64,000 nucleotides of DNA, from the NCBI GenBank assembly GCA_041484665.1, contig JBGPIA010000005.1:107648-171647 (forward strand). Reading direction: 5' to 3'. Origin of the DNA: Candidatus Krumholzibacteriia bacterium (GTDB lineage Bacteria > Krumholzibacteriota > Krumholzibacteriia > JAJRXK01). Every line of letters begins with the position of its first letter. The first letter of the stretch is position 1. Below, in pieces: positions 29,139 through 38,428 of the stretch. Made by a program: the position numbers and the translations under genes. A model generated the notes under the pieces. That model was not told the origin of the DNA and ran no database searches. It saw only the letters and a list, made by a program, of their open reading frames with translations.

Positions 29139-30107
29139 GTGAGCCAAGACGAGCCCGCCTTCGACGTGATCCTGCCGCGCCCGCGCGGTTTCTGCGCCGG
29201 GGTGGAGCGGGCGGTCCAGATCGTCGAGCTGGCTCTGGAGCAGCTGCACCCTCCGATCTACGTCCGCCGCGAGATCGTGCACAACCGCGCGGTCGTCGAA
29301 CGCTTCCGTGCCCGGGGCGTCGTGTTCGTCGACTCCCTCGATGAGGTCCCGGCCCAGGCGGTTTGCGTGTTCTCGGCCCACGGCGTCGCGCCCGACGTGC
29401 GCGCGGCCGCCGATGCCCGCGGTCTGCAGGTGATCGACGCCACGTGCCCGCTGGTGACGAAGGTGCACGTCGAGGTGCTGCGACACGCCCGGGCCGGCGA
29501 CACCATCCTACTGATCGGCCACGAGGGGCACGACGAGGTGATCGGCACCATGGGACATGCCCGCGACCAGGTCCGCCTGGTGGGCGATGTGCACGCGGCG
29601 CTCACTGTGGAGGTGCCCGACCCGCAGAGGGTCGCCTACGTGACTCAGACGACGCTCTCGGTGGACGAGACCGCCGGGATCGTGCGCGCGCTGCGCGGCC
29701 GGTTTCCCGCGATCGAGGGACCTAAGACCGCCGACATCTGCTACGCGACGCAGAACCGCCAGGACGCCGTGAAGGCCCTGGTGCTGGAGGAGGGCATCGA
29801 GCTGCTGCTGGTGGTGGGCAGCGAGAACAGCAGCAACAGCCAGCGTCTGGTCGAGGTAGCGCAGAGCCTGGGCGCGCGCGGACAGCTGGTCGACGCTGCC
29901 AGCGATGTCGATCCCGCCTGGCTGCGGGGCGTGCGCCGTGTGGGGCTGACGGCGGGCGCGAGCGCCCCGGAGGACCTGGTCCAGGGCGTAGCCGCACGAC
30001 TTGCGGCCCTCGGCGGTCGCCTGAGCGAGCGCGAGCTCATCCCCGAGGACGTCACGTTCCCGCTGCCGCCGCAGCTCGCGCCCGCGCGCAACAGGTCGGG
30101 CGGATGA
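29139..30107 (+). CDS. ispH: 4-hydroxy-3-methylbut-2-enyl diphosphate reductase
   Basis: [49 protein letters not shown]. Confidence 0.95.
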   Translation: MSQDEPAFDVILPRPRGFCAGVERAVQIVELALEQLHPPIYVRREIVHNRAVVERFRARGVVFVDSLDEVPAQAVCVFSAHGVAPDVRAAADARGLQVIDATCPLVTKVHVEVLRHARAGDTILLIGHEGHDEVIGTMGHARDQVRLVGDVHAALTVEVPDPQRVAYVTQTTLSVDETAGIVRALRGRFPAIEGPKTADICYATQNRQDAVKALVLEEGIELLLVVGSENSSNSQRLVEVAQSLGARGQLVDAASDVDPAWLRGVRRVGLTAGASAPEDLVQGVAARLAALGGRLSERELIPEDVTFPLPPQLAPARNRSGG

Positions 30108-31171
30108 GCCCCCGCGATTCGCGGCACCGCAGCACCCAGCGTCGCAAGCGCGATCACCTGGAGCTCGCCCTCGATGACGAGGTGGAGTTCCAGTCCATCC
30201 GCAACGGGCTGGACGCTTTGGGTCTGGTCCACGACGCGCTGCCGGAGATCGATTTCGACGCCATCGACCTGTCGGCGACGTTCCTGGGCCGCTCGCTGCG
30301 ACTGCCATTGATCATCTCATCGATGACCGGCGGCACCCCCGAGGCCGCCCGGATCAACCGCGCCCTGGCCAGCGCGGCCGCGCGCGTGGGATGCGCCATG
30401 GCCGTGGGCAGCCAGCGGGCCGCGCTGGAGGACCCGGCGTTGGCGGCGACCTACGCCATCCGGGACCAGGCGCCCGACGTGCTGGTGCTCGGCAACCTGG
30501 GCGCCGTGCAGCTCAACTACGGCTACGGCATGGACCAGTGCCGCCGGGCGGTGGAGATGATCCGCGCCGATGGCCTGCTGCTGCACCTCAACAGCCTCCA
30601 GGAGGTGTTGCAGCCGGAGGGCAACCGCGACTTCTCGGGCCTGTTGGACAAGATCGAGGCGCTCTGCCGCGAGCTGCCGTTCCCCGTGCTGCTGAAGACC
30701 ACCGGCAACGGCCTCTCGCCGCGGGCGGCGGCCAAGCTCGCGCGGCTGGCGCGCGCCGGCCTGGCGGGGATCGAGGTCAGTGGCGCCGGCGGGACGAGCT
30801 GGGCGCGCATCGAGGCTCTCCGCGGCAACGATGCGGCCTCCCTGGACCAGTTCGGCGAGTTCGGCGAGACCACGGCCGACAGCATCCGCGCCGCAAGGGC
30901 GGCGGTGCCCGAGTTGCCGTTGATCGCCAGCGGCGGGGTCCGCCACGGCGCGGACGTGGCCAAGGCCCTGGCCCTGGGGGCCGACCTAGTGGGGATCGCC
31001 CGGCCGCTCCTGAAGGCCGCCGTGCAAGGCCAAGCCCGCGTCGAGGAGGCGCTGCGGCGCGTTGCCTGGGAGCTGCAGGTGAGCTGCTTCTACGCCGGCC
31101 GAGGGGCTGCTCGGCAGCTATGTCCCCAGGATGTGGCTCCGGTCGGGAACTCGCGCGGCCGCACGGTGTAG
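30104..31171 (+). CDS. fni: Type 2 isopentenyl-diphosphate delta-isomerase
   Basis: RKRDHL, SMTGG, VGSQR, NLGAVQ, HLNSLQEVLQPEG, GAGGTSW, ASGGVR. Confidence 0.92.
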   Translation: MSPRDSRHRSTQRRKRDHLELALDDEVEFQSIRNGLDALGLVHDALPEIDFDAIDLSATFLGRSLRLPLIISSMTGGTPEAARINRALASAAARVGCAMAVGSQRAALEDPALAATYAIRDQAPDVLVLGNLGAVQLNYGYGMDQCRRAVEMIRADGLLLHLNSLQEVLQPEGNRDFSGLLDKIEALCRELPFPVLLKTTGNGLSPRAAAKLARLARAGLAGIEVSGAGGTSWARIEALRGNDAASLDQFGEFGETTADSIRAARAAVPELPLIASGGVRHGADVAKALALGADLVGIARPLLKAAVQGQARVEEALRRVAWELQVSCFYAGRGAARQLCPQDVAPVGNSRGRTV

Positions 31172-31219
31172 ACTTCCCGTTTCGTGCGCGGGTGGTTGCC
31201 TGGAGGGTGAGCCGCTGCC

Positions 31220-31248
31220 TGGACGCGCCCGGCCGACTCCCCTATACT
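31220..31248 (+). promoter_or_regulatory. Putative sigma70 promoter TGGACG-N17-TATACT
   Basis: Near-consensus hexamers at ideal spacing, about 185 bp upstream of the ABC ATPase. Confidence 0.55.
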
Positions 31249-31434
31249 GCGCCCCCGGTTCTGCGGGGAGCGGTCAGGCCGCGCTCGAAGCTTCACGGGC
31301 AGCGGTTGGACCGCGCCCTCCGTTCTGCTCTGCCGGGCGCGGCCGCCGGCGACACGCCACCGGCCAGCCGCGTGCACGAGGGCGTCGGGGCCGGCCGGCC
31401 TGGCGCGCGTCGCCTTTCCAAGGAGCGAGACTCA

Positions 31435-32421
31435 ATGATCCGTGTCGAGGATGTGACCAAGCTCTACGGCCCCGTGCACGCCCTCGACCACGTCACCTTC
31501 GAGGTGGCTGACCGGCAGGTCCTGGGATTCCTGGGCCCCAACGGTGCCGGCAAGAGCACTGCGATGAAGATCATTACGACCTACATCGCGCCCTCGCAGG
31601 GGCGGGTGACGGTGGACGACCTCGACGTGAGCAAGTTCCCGATCGAGGTGAGGCGCAAGATCGGCTACCTGCCTGAGACCAACCCGCTCTACCCCGACAT
31701 GCGCACCGACGACTACCTGCGGTTCTGTGGGGAGGCGCGTGGGCTCTCGGGTGCGGCCCTCCGCGAGCGCTTCCACTGGGTGGTGGAGGCCTGCGGCATC
31801 CAGAGCGTGCTCAAGAAGAACATCCACGAGTTGTCCAAGGGGTTCAAGCAGCGCACCGGATTGGCCCAGGCGCTGATCCACGATCCCCAGATCCTGATCC
31901 TCGACGAGCCTACCTCCGGACTCGACCCGCTCCAGATCATCGAGATCCGGCGCCTCGTCCAGGAGCTCGCCCGCAGCAAGACCATTGTGTTCAGCACGCA
32001 CATCCTGCAGGAGGTGAGCGCCACCACCGATCGGATCATCATCATCAACGAGGGGCGGATCATCGCCGACGGCTACATCAGCGATCTCAAGAATGAGGCG
32101 GCGGGCGTCACCCACGTGCGCGCCACGATGTCCGCCTCCCGCGCCGCTGTGGAGCGCGAAGTGCAGCAGCTGGCCGGCCTGTCCGGCTGGAGCATCGTGG
32201 GCGAGGCGGACAACGCGGTGACCGTAGACCTCAAGTCGCCGCTGGGCAGCGATCTGCGGCGCAAGGTCGGCGAGCTGGCGGCGCGCCATAACTGGCCCGT
32301 GCTCGAGCTGACGGTGCCGGCCTTGAGCCTGGAGGACGCCTTCATCGAACTCATCAAGAAGAGCGACACGGCGCGCAAGCACGAGAAGGGCAGCCGCGCC
32401 AGGGAGGTGGTCCGTGCGTAA
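31435..32421 (+). CDS. ABC transporter ATP-binding protein (GldA-like)
   Basis: RBS AAGGAG; GPNGAGKST, LSKGFKQR, ILDEPTSGLDP. Confidence 0.9.
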   Translation: MIRVEDVTKLYGPVHALDHVTFEVADRQVLGFLGPNGAGKSTAMKIITTYIAPSQGRVTVDDLDVSKFPIEVRRKIGYLPETNPLYPDMRTDDYLRFCGEARGLSGAALRERFHWVVEACGIQSVLKKNIHELSKGFKQRTGLAQALIHDPQILILDEPTSGLDPLQIIEIRRLVQELARSKTIVFSTHILQEVSATTDRIIIINEGRIIADGYISDLKNEAAGVTHVRATMSASRAAVEREVQQLAGLSGWSIVGEADNAVTVDLKSPLGSDLRRKVGELAARHNWPVLELTVPALSLEDAFIELIKKSDTARKHEKGSRAREVVRA

Positions 32422-33139
32422 CGTCGGGATCATCCTCCGCCGGGAGTTCCGCGCCTACTTCGACAGCCCGATTGCCTACATCTTCATGATCGTCTACTTG
32501 TGCGTGAACACCTGGCTGTTCATGAGCGGCTTCTTCCTCGCCGGCGTCGCGGACATGCGGGGGTTCTTCGGCAACATCCCGTTGTTCAATACGTTCTTCC
32601 TCCCGGCCGTGGCCATGCGCCTGTGGGCGGAGGACAAGAAGAGCGGCACGATGGAGCTGCTCATGACCCTGCCCATGAAGTCGTGGGAGGTGGTCTTGGG
32701 CAAGTACCTGGCGGCCCTCTCCTTCTACGGCCTCACGCTGTTGGGGACGCTGACCCTGCCCATCTCGCTGGCGATCCTGGGCAACCCGGACATGGGCGCG
32801 ATCTTCGCGGGTTATCTGGGCAGCGTGCTGCTGGGCGCGTTCTTCCTGGCCATCGGCATCTTCGTCAGCGGCCTGTTCAAGGACCAGATCGCGGCCTTTC
32901 TGGTCGGCTCGCTGCTGTGCCTGTTCTTCTACCTGGTGGGCCAGGACTGGGTGGCGGCTCCCATCGACGGCTGGATTGGCGGCCTGGGGAGCTTCCTGCA
33001 GAGCCACGTGGGCTTCTGGACCCATTTCGAGTCCATCGAGCGCGGCGTGGTCGACCTGAAGAACCTGCTCTACTTCGCGACGCTGACAGCGCTGTTCCTG
33101 CTGCTCAACACGCTGTCGCTGGAAGGGAGGCGGTTCTGA
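32414..33139 (+). CDS. ABC-2 type permease (GldF-like)
   Basis: REFRAYFDSPIAY, MRLWAEDKKSGTMELLMTLP, HFESIERGVVD. Confidence 0.88.
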   Translation: MRNVGIILRREFRAYFDSPIAYIFMIVYLCVNTWLFMSGFFLAGVADMRGFFGNIPLFNTFFLPAVAMRLWAEDKKSGTMELLMTLPMKSWEVVLGKYLAALSFYGLTLLGTLTLPISLAILGNPDMGAIFAGYLGSVLLGAFFLAIGIFVSGLFKDQIAAFLVGSLLCLFFYLVGQDWVAAPIDGWIGGLGSFLQSHVGFWTHFESIERGVVDLKNLLYFATLTALFLLLNTLSLEGRRF

Positions 33140-34869
33140 TGGCCAGCCGCAAGGTCAACTTCAACCTGACGTTCACCGCAACGGCGTGCCTGCTGTTCGG
33201 GATCGCCGTGACGTTTGTGGCGGTCGTGAGCCTGGCGTTGCATGCGCGCGTCGACTTGACCTCCGACAAGACCTACACCGTGAGCCCGGCGGCCAAGCGC
33301 ATCCTCACCAAGCTGGCCGTGCCGGTGCAGATCAAGGTCTACATGACCGGCGAGAACCAGATGCCCACGCAGTGGAAGACCCTCGAGCGCGACGTGGTGG
33401 ACAAGCTCAAGGAGTTCCGCGTGGCATCGGGCGGCAAGCTCAGCTTCTCCGTGATCGACCCTTCCGACAACGACGATCTCAAGGAGAAGCTCTCGCGCAA
33501 AGGGATCCGGCCGCTGCAAGTGTCTTCGGTCGAGCGCGACGAGATGGCGGTCAAGCTGATCTACAGCGCGATCGCCGTCGCGTACAAGGAGAAGCAGGAG
33601 GAGGTCATCCCGCAGGTCGTTCCCCAGAGCCTGGAGACGTTCGAATACCAGATCTGCAACGCGGTCTCCAAGCTGACGCGCCAGAAGGACCCTGTGGTCG
33701 CGGTCTACACCAGCAAGCCGGAGATGGATCCCCAGGTCCGCATGCTCTACATGCAGATGGGCCAGCAGCCGCCCGAGCCGCCCGATGTGTACAAGTCCAT
33801 CGGCGAGCTGCTGAAGCAGGCCAACTACGAGATCCGGCCCACCCAGATCAGCGAGTCGTCGCCCATCCCAGACGATGCCTCGACCCTGCTGCTGCTTGCG
33901 CCGCGCCACCTGGACGCGCGCCAGCGCTACGAGATCAACAGGTTCATCCACCGTGGGGGCAGCGCCATCCTGGCCGTCCAGCGCTACGAGTACGATTACA
34001 ATCCGGGGCGCTCCGGCGGCTTCAACATCAGCGCCACGTCCATCGACAGCGGGCTGGATGAGCTGCTGACGGCCTACGGCGTGAAGGTCTCCGACAAGCT
34101 ATTCATGGACGCCAACATGGCCGTGCTGCAGATTCCGCGCAGCGAGAACATGGGCATGTTCCAGGTCCAGGTGGCCGAGCCGATCAAGGCACCGATGCAG
34201 ATCCGCGTCAACGGCGACCAGCTCAACAACCAGACGTCCATCACCAACCGCATCTCCGAGATCCTGTACCTGTGGGGTAGCCGCCTGCTGCCCGACGAGA
34301 GCAAGCTCGGCGCGGGCAAGGTCGAGCTGACGCCGTTGTTCTCCAGCACCAAGCAATCGTGGGAGGTCGACTACAGCGGCGGCCCGATCACCGCCGCCTC
34401 CATCCAGTCCGATCCCACGAAGTTCGTGGGGCCGGCTCCGTTGGCCGTTATGCTGCGTGGCGCACTATCCAATCCGTACGAGACCGGCACCATCCCGCCC
34501 TGGGCGAAGGCGACCCCGGACAGCAACCCGCCGCCGCCCAAGCCCGTCGAGCTTTTCGAGCCCAAGGAATCGAAGCTCGTCGTGGTGGGGTGCGCCCAGA
34601 TGTTCACCGACAACCTGCTGGGCGTGGCGGGCAACGCCATGTTCCTCATGAACGCGGTGGACGCGGTGACCCTGGGCAATGACCTGATCGAGATCCGTGG
34701 CAAGTCGATCACGCAGAGGGTCATCGCGCCGGTCAGCAGCCAGAAGAAGCTCGCCGTACGCCTGTTCTCCACCGTGCTGGTGCCGGTGGTCATTGCGATC
34801 TACGGCATCCTGCGCATGGTGCGCCGCCGCCGCGAGGAGGCGGCCTACCTGGCAGCCCAGGCGGGCTGA
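33139..34869 (+). CDS. GldG family ABC-associated substrate-binding protein
   Basis: N-terminal TM, RVDLTSDKTYTVS, N..FLMNAVD, C-terminal TM followed by RRRR. Confidence 0.85.
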   Translation: MASRKVNFNLTFTATACLLFGIAVTFVAVVSLALHARVDLTSDKTYTVSPAAKRILTKLAVPVQIKVYMTGENQMPTQWKTLERDVVDKLKEFRVASGGKLSFSVIDPSDNDDLKEKLSRKGIRPLQVSSVERDEMAVKLIYSAIAVAYKEKQEEVIPQVVPQSLETFEYQICNAVSKLTRQKDPVVAVYTSKPEMDPQVRMLYMQMGQQPPEPPDVYKSIGELLKQANYEIRPTQISESSPIPDDASTLLLLAPRHLDARQRYEINRFIHRGGSAILAVQRYEYDYNPGRSGGFNISATSIDSGLDELLTAYGVKVSDKLFMDANMAVLQIPRSENMGMFQVQVAEPIKAPMQIRVNGDQLNNQTSITNRISEILYLWGSRLLPDESKLGAGKVELTPLFSSTKQSWEVDYSGGPITAASIQSDPTKFVGPAPLAVMLRGALSNPYETGTIPPWAKATPDSNPPPPKPVELFEPKESKLVVVGCAQMFTDNLLGVAGNAMFLMNAVDAVTLGNDLIEIRGKSITQRVIAPVSSQKKLAVRLFSTVLVPVVIAIYGILRMVRRRREEAAYLAAQAG

Positions 34870-34883
34870 CGAGGAGTGGGGCG

Positions 34884-35912
34884 ATGGGAAGCAAGCGTAA
34901 TCTGATCGTCATGGGCATCCTCCTGGTGGGTCTGGTGGCCCTGTACCTCCTCACCAGCCGGCACCGCACGAACATCGACACGTCCGGGGGCTTCGTCGAC
35001 TTGGTTCCGGGCAAGCTCTCCACCGACGAGGTCTTCGGGATCGAGGCCTACCGCGGCCGTACCCGCGACAAGGGGCTCACGCTTGCTCGCCAGGGGGACG
35101 CCTGGACGGTGACCAGCCGTTTCGGTGCTCCGGCCAACGTGAACAAGATCCGAAGCCTCCTGGGCAACCTCGAGAGCCTCGAGGGCGAGGTGCGCAGCGA
35201 CAGCCCCACTGTGCTGGCGGACTACGGTCTGTCCGACTCCCTGGCACTGCACGTCGTGCTCAAGAAGGAATCGGGGGAGGCACGACTACACCTGCTGCTG
35301 GGCAAGCGCAGCGGCAATGGCTCCTTCGTGCGCCAGGACGGCAGCGACAAAGCCATCATGGCCAGCACGAACATCCTGGGCGACTTCGGGATCTGGGGCG
35401 ACGAAACCCCCGACCCCGATCCGAAACTGTGGCTCGACCTGGACGCCTACAAGGTCGACCGCGAGCAGGTCAGCCAGCTCGCGTTGCTCAGCGGAGGCAA
35501 GAGCCTCGAGCTGAAGAAAGAGGTTTCGCAGCCACCGCCGACCACCGCCCCAGCCGACAGCAACGCGCCCAAGACACCGCCGACCTACGAGTGGCGCGTA
35601 ACCAAGCCCACGAGCTTTCTCGCACTCAAGACGCGCGGCGACGGCATCCTGGGCTCGCTCGTGGCCGTGCGCGCGCGTGACATGGCCGACCCCAACGTTA
35701 CCGCCGAGCAGACCGGCCTGGGGGCGAAGGCCGATCGGGCGGTCCTGACGCTCTCGACAGGCGTCACCGATACGCTGTTGTTCGGCGCCGATCTGCCTAG
35801 CGACACGACCCAGCTGTATTTCCGTGTCGCGGGCAAGGACCGCGTGTGGGTAGTGCCCAACTACATCAAGCAAAACGTCTTCAAGAAACCCGAGGACCTG
35901 AAGCCGCAGTGA
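34884..35912 (+). CDS. DUF4340 domain protein
   Basis: N-terminal anchor; two repeats with LADYGL / TGL motifs; last gene of the Gld-like operon. Confidence 0.7.
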   Translation: MGSKRNLIVMGILLVGLVALYLLTSRHRTNIDTSGGFVDLVPGKLSTDEVFGIEAYRGRTRDKGLTLARQGDAWTVTSRFGAPANVNKIRSLLGNLESLEGEVRSDSPTVLADYGLSDSLALHVVLKKESGEARLHLLLGKRSGNGSFVRQDGSDKAIMASTNILGDFGIWGDETPDPDPKLWLDLDAYKVDREQVSQLALLSGGKSLELKKEVSQPPPTTAPADSNAPKTPPTYEWRVTKPTSFLALKTRGDGILGSLVAVRARDMADPNVTAEQTGLGAKADRAVLTLSTGVTDTLLFGADLPSDTTQLYFRVAGKDRVWVVPNYIKQNVFKKPEDLKPQ

Positions 35913-36045
35913 CCAGCGGGCGACGCCCGCCAGCGCGGCCTGGCGTTACCGCGGGGCCCATCCGGCGGGGACGCTCGGAATCGGGTGCCGGTCCGGCCGC
36001 GCGTTCCCGCCCATCGATGTCCAGGGTCTCTCGCCCCGGGACGTG

Positions 36046-36209
36046 ACCCCTCACCGACGTTCGCCGTCGAGATCTTGTCGAACTTGTTCCCAACCCCTCA
36101 CGGACGTTCGCCGTTCTGACTCGCGATCCGGCGCCGCGGTGGCCGGTACTGCCGACGTTCGCCATCGCGCTGCATCGCGGCTGAATCCCAACGGCCATGC
36201 ACGTCCGCC
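36046..36209. repeat. Spaced direct repeats with core ACGTTCGCC, period 46-51 bp
   Basis: ACCCCTCACSGACGTTCGCCGT at 36046 and 36093; core also at 36155 and, with one mismatch, at 36201. Confidence 0.55.
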
Positions 36210-37008
36210 GCCGACCGCCCGCGTCGCCGACCCGATCAACCAGGTCGGCCCGAGTGACTTGGCCAGCCGAACTGACGCGACCAATCCCACCGGCCCGACC
36301 AGCCCGACCGCCTAGGCCGTTCGCAGTCGCGCGGCGGAAGCGATGCTGTCGACCCGCCTCCATGATCGGGATCGGCGCTTCGAACTGCGCCGCGCCAACC
36401 ACAACCGCTTCTGGAGGTCCCCGATCATCGCTTGACCTCATTCTACGCCCAGCTCTGCGCGAGCTGGCGACGCAGAGCGCGCGCTGACGCTGCCGAGCGC
36501 GAGCTGCCCTGACCGGCGCCCGCCGGCACCGAAGACAAGGCAGCCGCCATGCCGAAGGTCCGACCGCGCGCGCCGCGGCGTCAGCGCTTGTGATTTCATC
36601 AGTTACACAAGGATGCTCCGCGCAAGTTGTCGCGCACTGTTGACAGCGGTGCCCAGCTGGTCGGGCACCCTTGGCGTGCGGCGACTGCAAGCGTGCTTGT
36701 CGCAGGAACTTGAGCATGTGTAATGATCTCAGGACACTTCCCGGGAATCAGGACACATTCCGGTGCTCGAGATTGAGACGCGCGCCTGTCGGCGCTCTCG
36801 ACCGAGCGCGCGCCGCGTGCGCCGCTGGGCATCCGCCGACGCTGCGCGAGCGCGCAGATCCGAACTCCGGGGTGCGCCCCATGGGCACCGGCAGCGCTGC
36901 GGGGGACCGCTCGACGCTGTGACGGCTCCTCGGATGGCTGCCCAACGGCTCCTTGCACGGCGGCCGAAGGGCCGCTCGGACGGCTGCAAGCGCGCAGCGG
37001 GACAATGC

Positions 37009-37017
37009 TGCTACACT
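37009..37017 (+). promoter_or_regulatory. Putative extended -10 element TGcTACACT
   Basis: Lies just upstream of the GAGGAGG RBS and ATG 37044. Confidence 0.45.
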
Positions 37018-37043
37018 GAACGCCCACCCTCGAGGAGGTCGTC

Positions 37044-38021
37044 ATGGCGCTTGTGAAGCTCCTGATGTTGGCGCTCGTTGGGCTTTGCACCGTCGATCTC
37101 GCGGCGGCAGCACAGCCGCCTACGAATGAGGAGCTGGCCCGGCCCTTTGCCTACGACGCGACGCAGCCGCCCCAGGCCAAGCTGACGCCGCTCTTCGAGC
37201 GCGACGGCGTGACTGCCTACGATCTGCAGTACCCGAGCCCCAAGGGAGGGACGGTCACCGGCTACCTGGTCGTGCCTGCGGGCAAGGGCCCGTTCGCGGG
37301 ACTGCTGTTCGGTCATTGGGGCCCCGGCAACCGCACCGAGTTCCTGCCGGAGGCCATGTTGTACGCGGCGGCCGGCGCGGTCGGCGTGATGATCGACTAC
37401 CCCTGGGTGCGGCCGGCGCCCTGGCGCGTCCCGCAGGGGCGCGGCTTGGCCGAGGCCGAGAAGGACCGCGATTCGTGGATTGCGGCGGTGGTCGACCTGA
37501 GGTGCGCTCTCGACTTGCTGTGCGCGCGGCGAGATGTCGATACGCGGCGTATCGGCTACGTAGGGCACAGCTACGGTGCGCAGTGGGGGGCGATCCTCAC
37601 CGCAGTCGATCGCCGCATTAAGGCCGCGGTGCTCGTGGGCGGCGTGCCCAGCGTCGAGGCGCTCTTCGACGCGAGCGCTGATCCGAACTTCATCGCGCTG
37701 CGTCAGGCGACTCCAAAAGAGGAGCTCGATCACTACCTCGAGCTCAATCGGCCCTTCGACGGGATCCGCTATGTACCGTACGCCGCGCCGGCGCCGTTGT
37801 TCTTCCAGTTCGCCTGCTACGAGCAGGGCTTCAGCGAGGCCGCCATGAAGGGCTACTTCGAGGTCGCGAGCGAGCCCAAGCTGGTCCGCTGGTACGAGAC
37901 AGCCCACGACCTGAACGACCTGCAGACGCTGGGCGACCGTGCCACCTGGCTGCAGCAGAAGCTGCGCTTGCGGCCCGTCCAGCCGATCCTGCGCCAGCGG
38001 CTCGAGTCGGATCTGAAGTAA
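37044..38021 (+). CDS. Secreted alpha/beta hydrolase (acetylxylan esterase/dienelactone hydrolase-like)
   Basis: RBS GAGGAGG; signal peptide; VDTRRIGYVGHSYGA (GxSxG); C-terminal WYETAH. Confidence 0.8.
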   Translation: MALVKLLMLALVGLCTVDLAAAAQPPTNEELARPFAYDATQPPQAKLTPLFERDGVTAYDLQYPSPKGGTVTGYLVVPAGKGPFAGLLFGHWGPGNRTEFLPEAMLYAAAGAVGVMIDYPWVRPAPWRVPQGRGLAEAEKDRDSWIAAVVDLRCALDLLCARRDVDTRRIGYVGHSYGAQWGAILTAVDRRIKAAVLVGGVPSVEALFDASADPNFIALRQATPKEELDHYLELNRPFDGIRYVPYAAPAPLFFQFACYEQGFSEAAMKGYFEVASEPKLVRWYETAHDLNDLQTLGDRATWLQQKLRLRPVQPILRQRLESDLK

Positions 38022-38126
38022 GCGCGCGGTCGAGCCAGAGAAGCTGGGGGTGCGCTTCTGCGCGCTTCGCGCGCGAGATGTGGCCGGGCGCCCGCCTCCG
38101 TGCGGGACAAACTGGCGCTTGGCCCA

Positions 38127-38395
38127 TGTTCGCATGTTCTAAAAATCGATGCACGGGGACGTACGCATCCGAGGTCGGATTCAGCGTGACAGTCGCGGTG
38201 GATGCCGCCGGCATTCTCACGGCATCCACGCCGGAGCTGCCGAGCGTCGCCCTCGCGCCCGCGGGCAGCGCGGTATTCAAGGCGGTCACGGGGGACGACA
38301 TGACGCTCGAGTTCGGCGGTGCCGCCGGGACGAACTTCAGCGAGCTCACCATCACGAACGCCGGCAGGGTCATGCGCCTCACGCGCAAGGACTAG
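38127..38395 (+). pseudogene. Short ORF resembling an orphan C-terminal beta-domain of a serine hydrolase (DUF3471-like); probable remnant
   Basis: TGTYAS...LAPAGSAVFK...LEF...LTRKD pattern with coding-like codons only from about 38150; no convincing start or RBS. Confidence 0.4.
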
Positions 38396-38428
38396 CGGAG
38401 GGCAAACCAAGCACCGGCGTGCCCCACC

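Noticed and set aside
36046-36209. CRISPR array
   Set aside because: Only two near-identical repeats, irregular period, no cas genes or leader.
36043-36315. 90-aa ORF in the large intergenic region
   Set aside because: Low-complexity Arg/Pro/Ser sequence, no RBS, no coding-like bias.
36373-36401. tRNA/tmRNA-like 3' end (GGCGC-TTCGAACT-GCGCC...ACCA)
   Set aside because: 8-nt loop without the G-C closing pair, and no matching acceptor, D or anticodon arms upstream.
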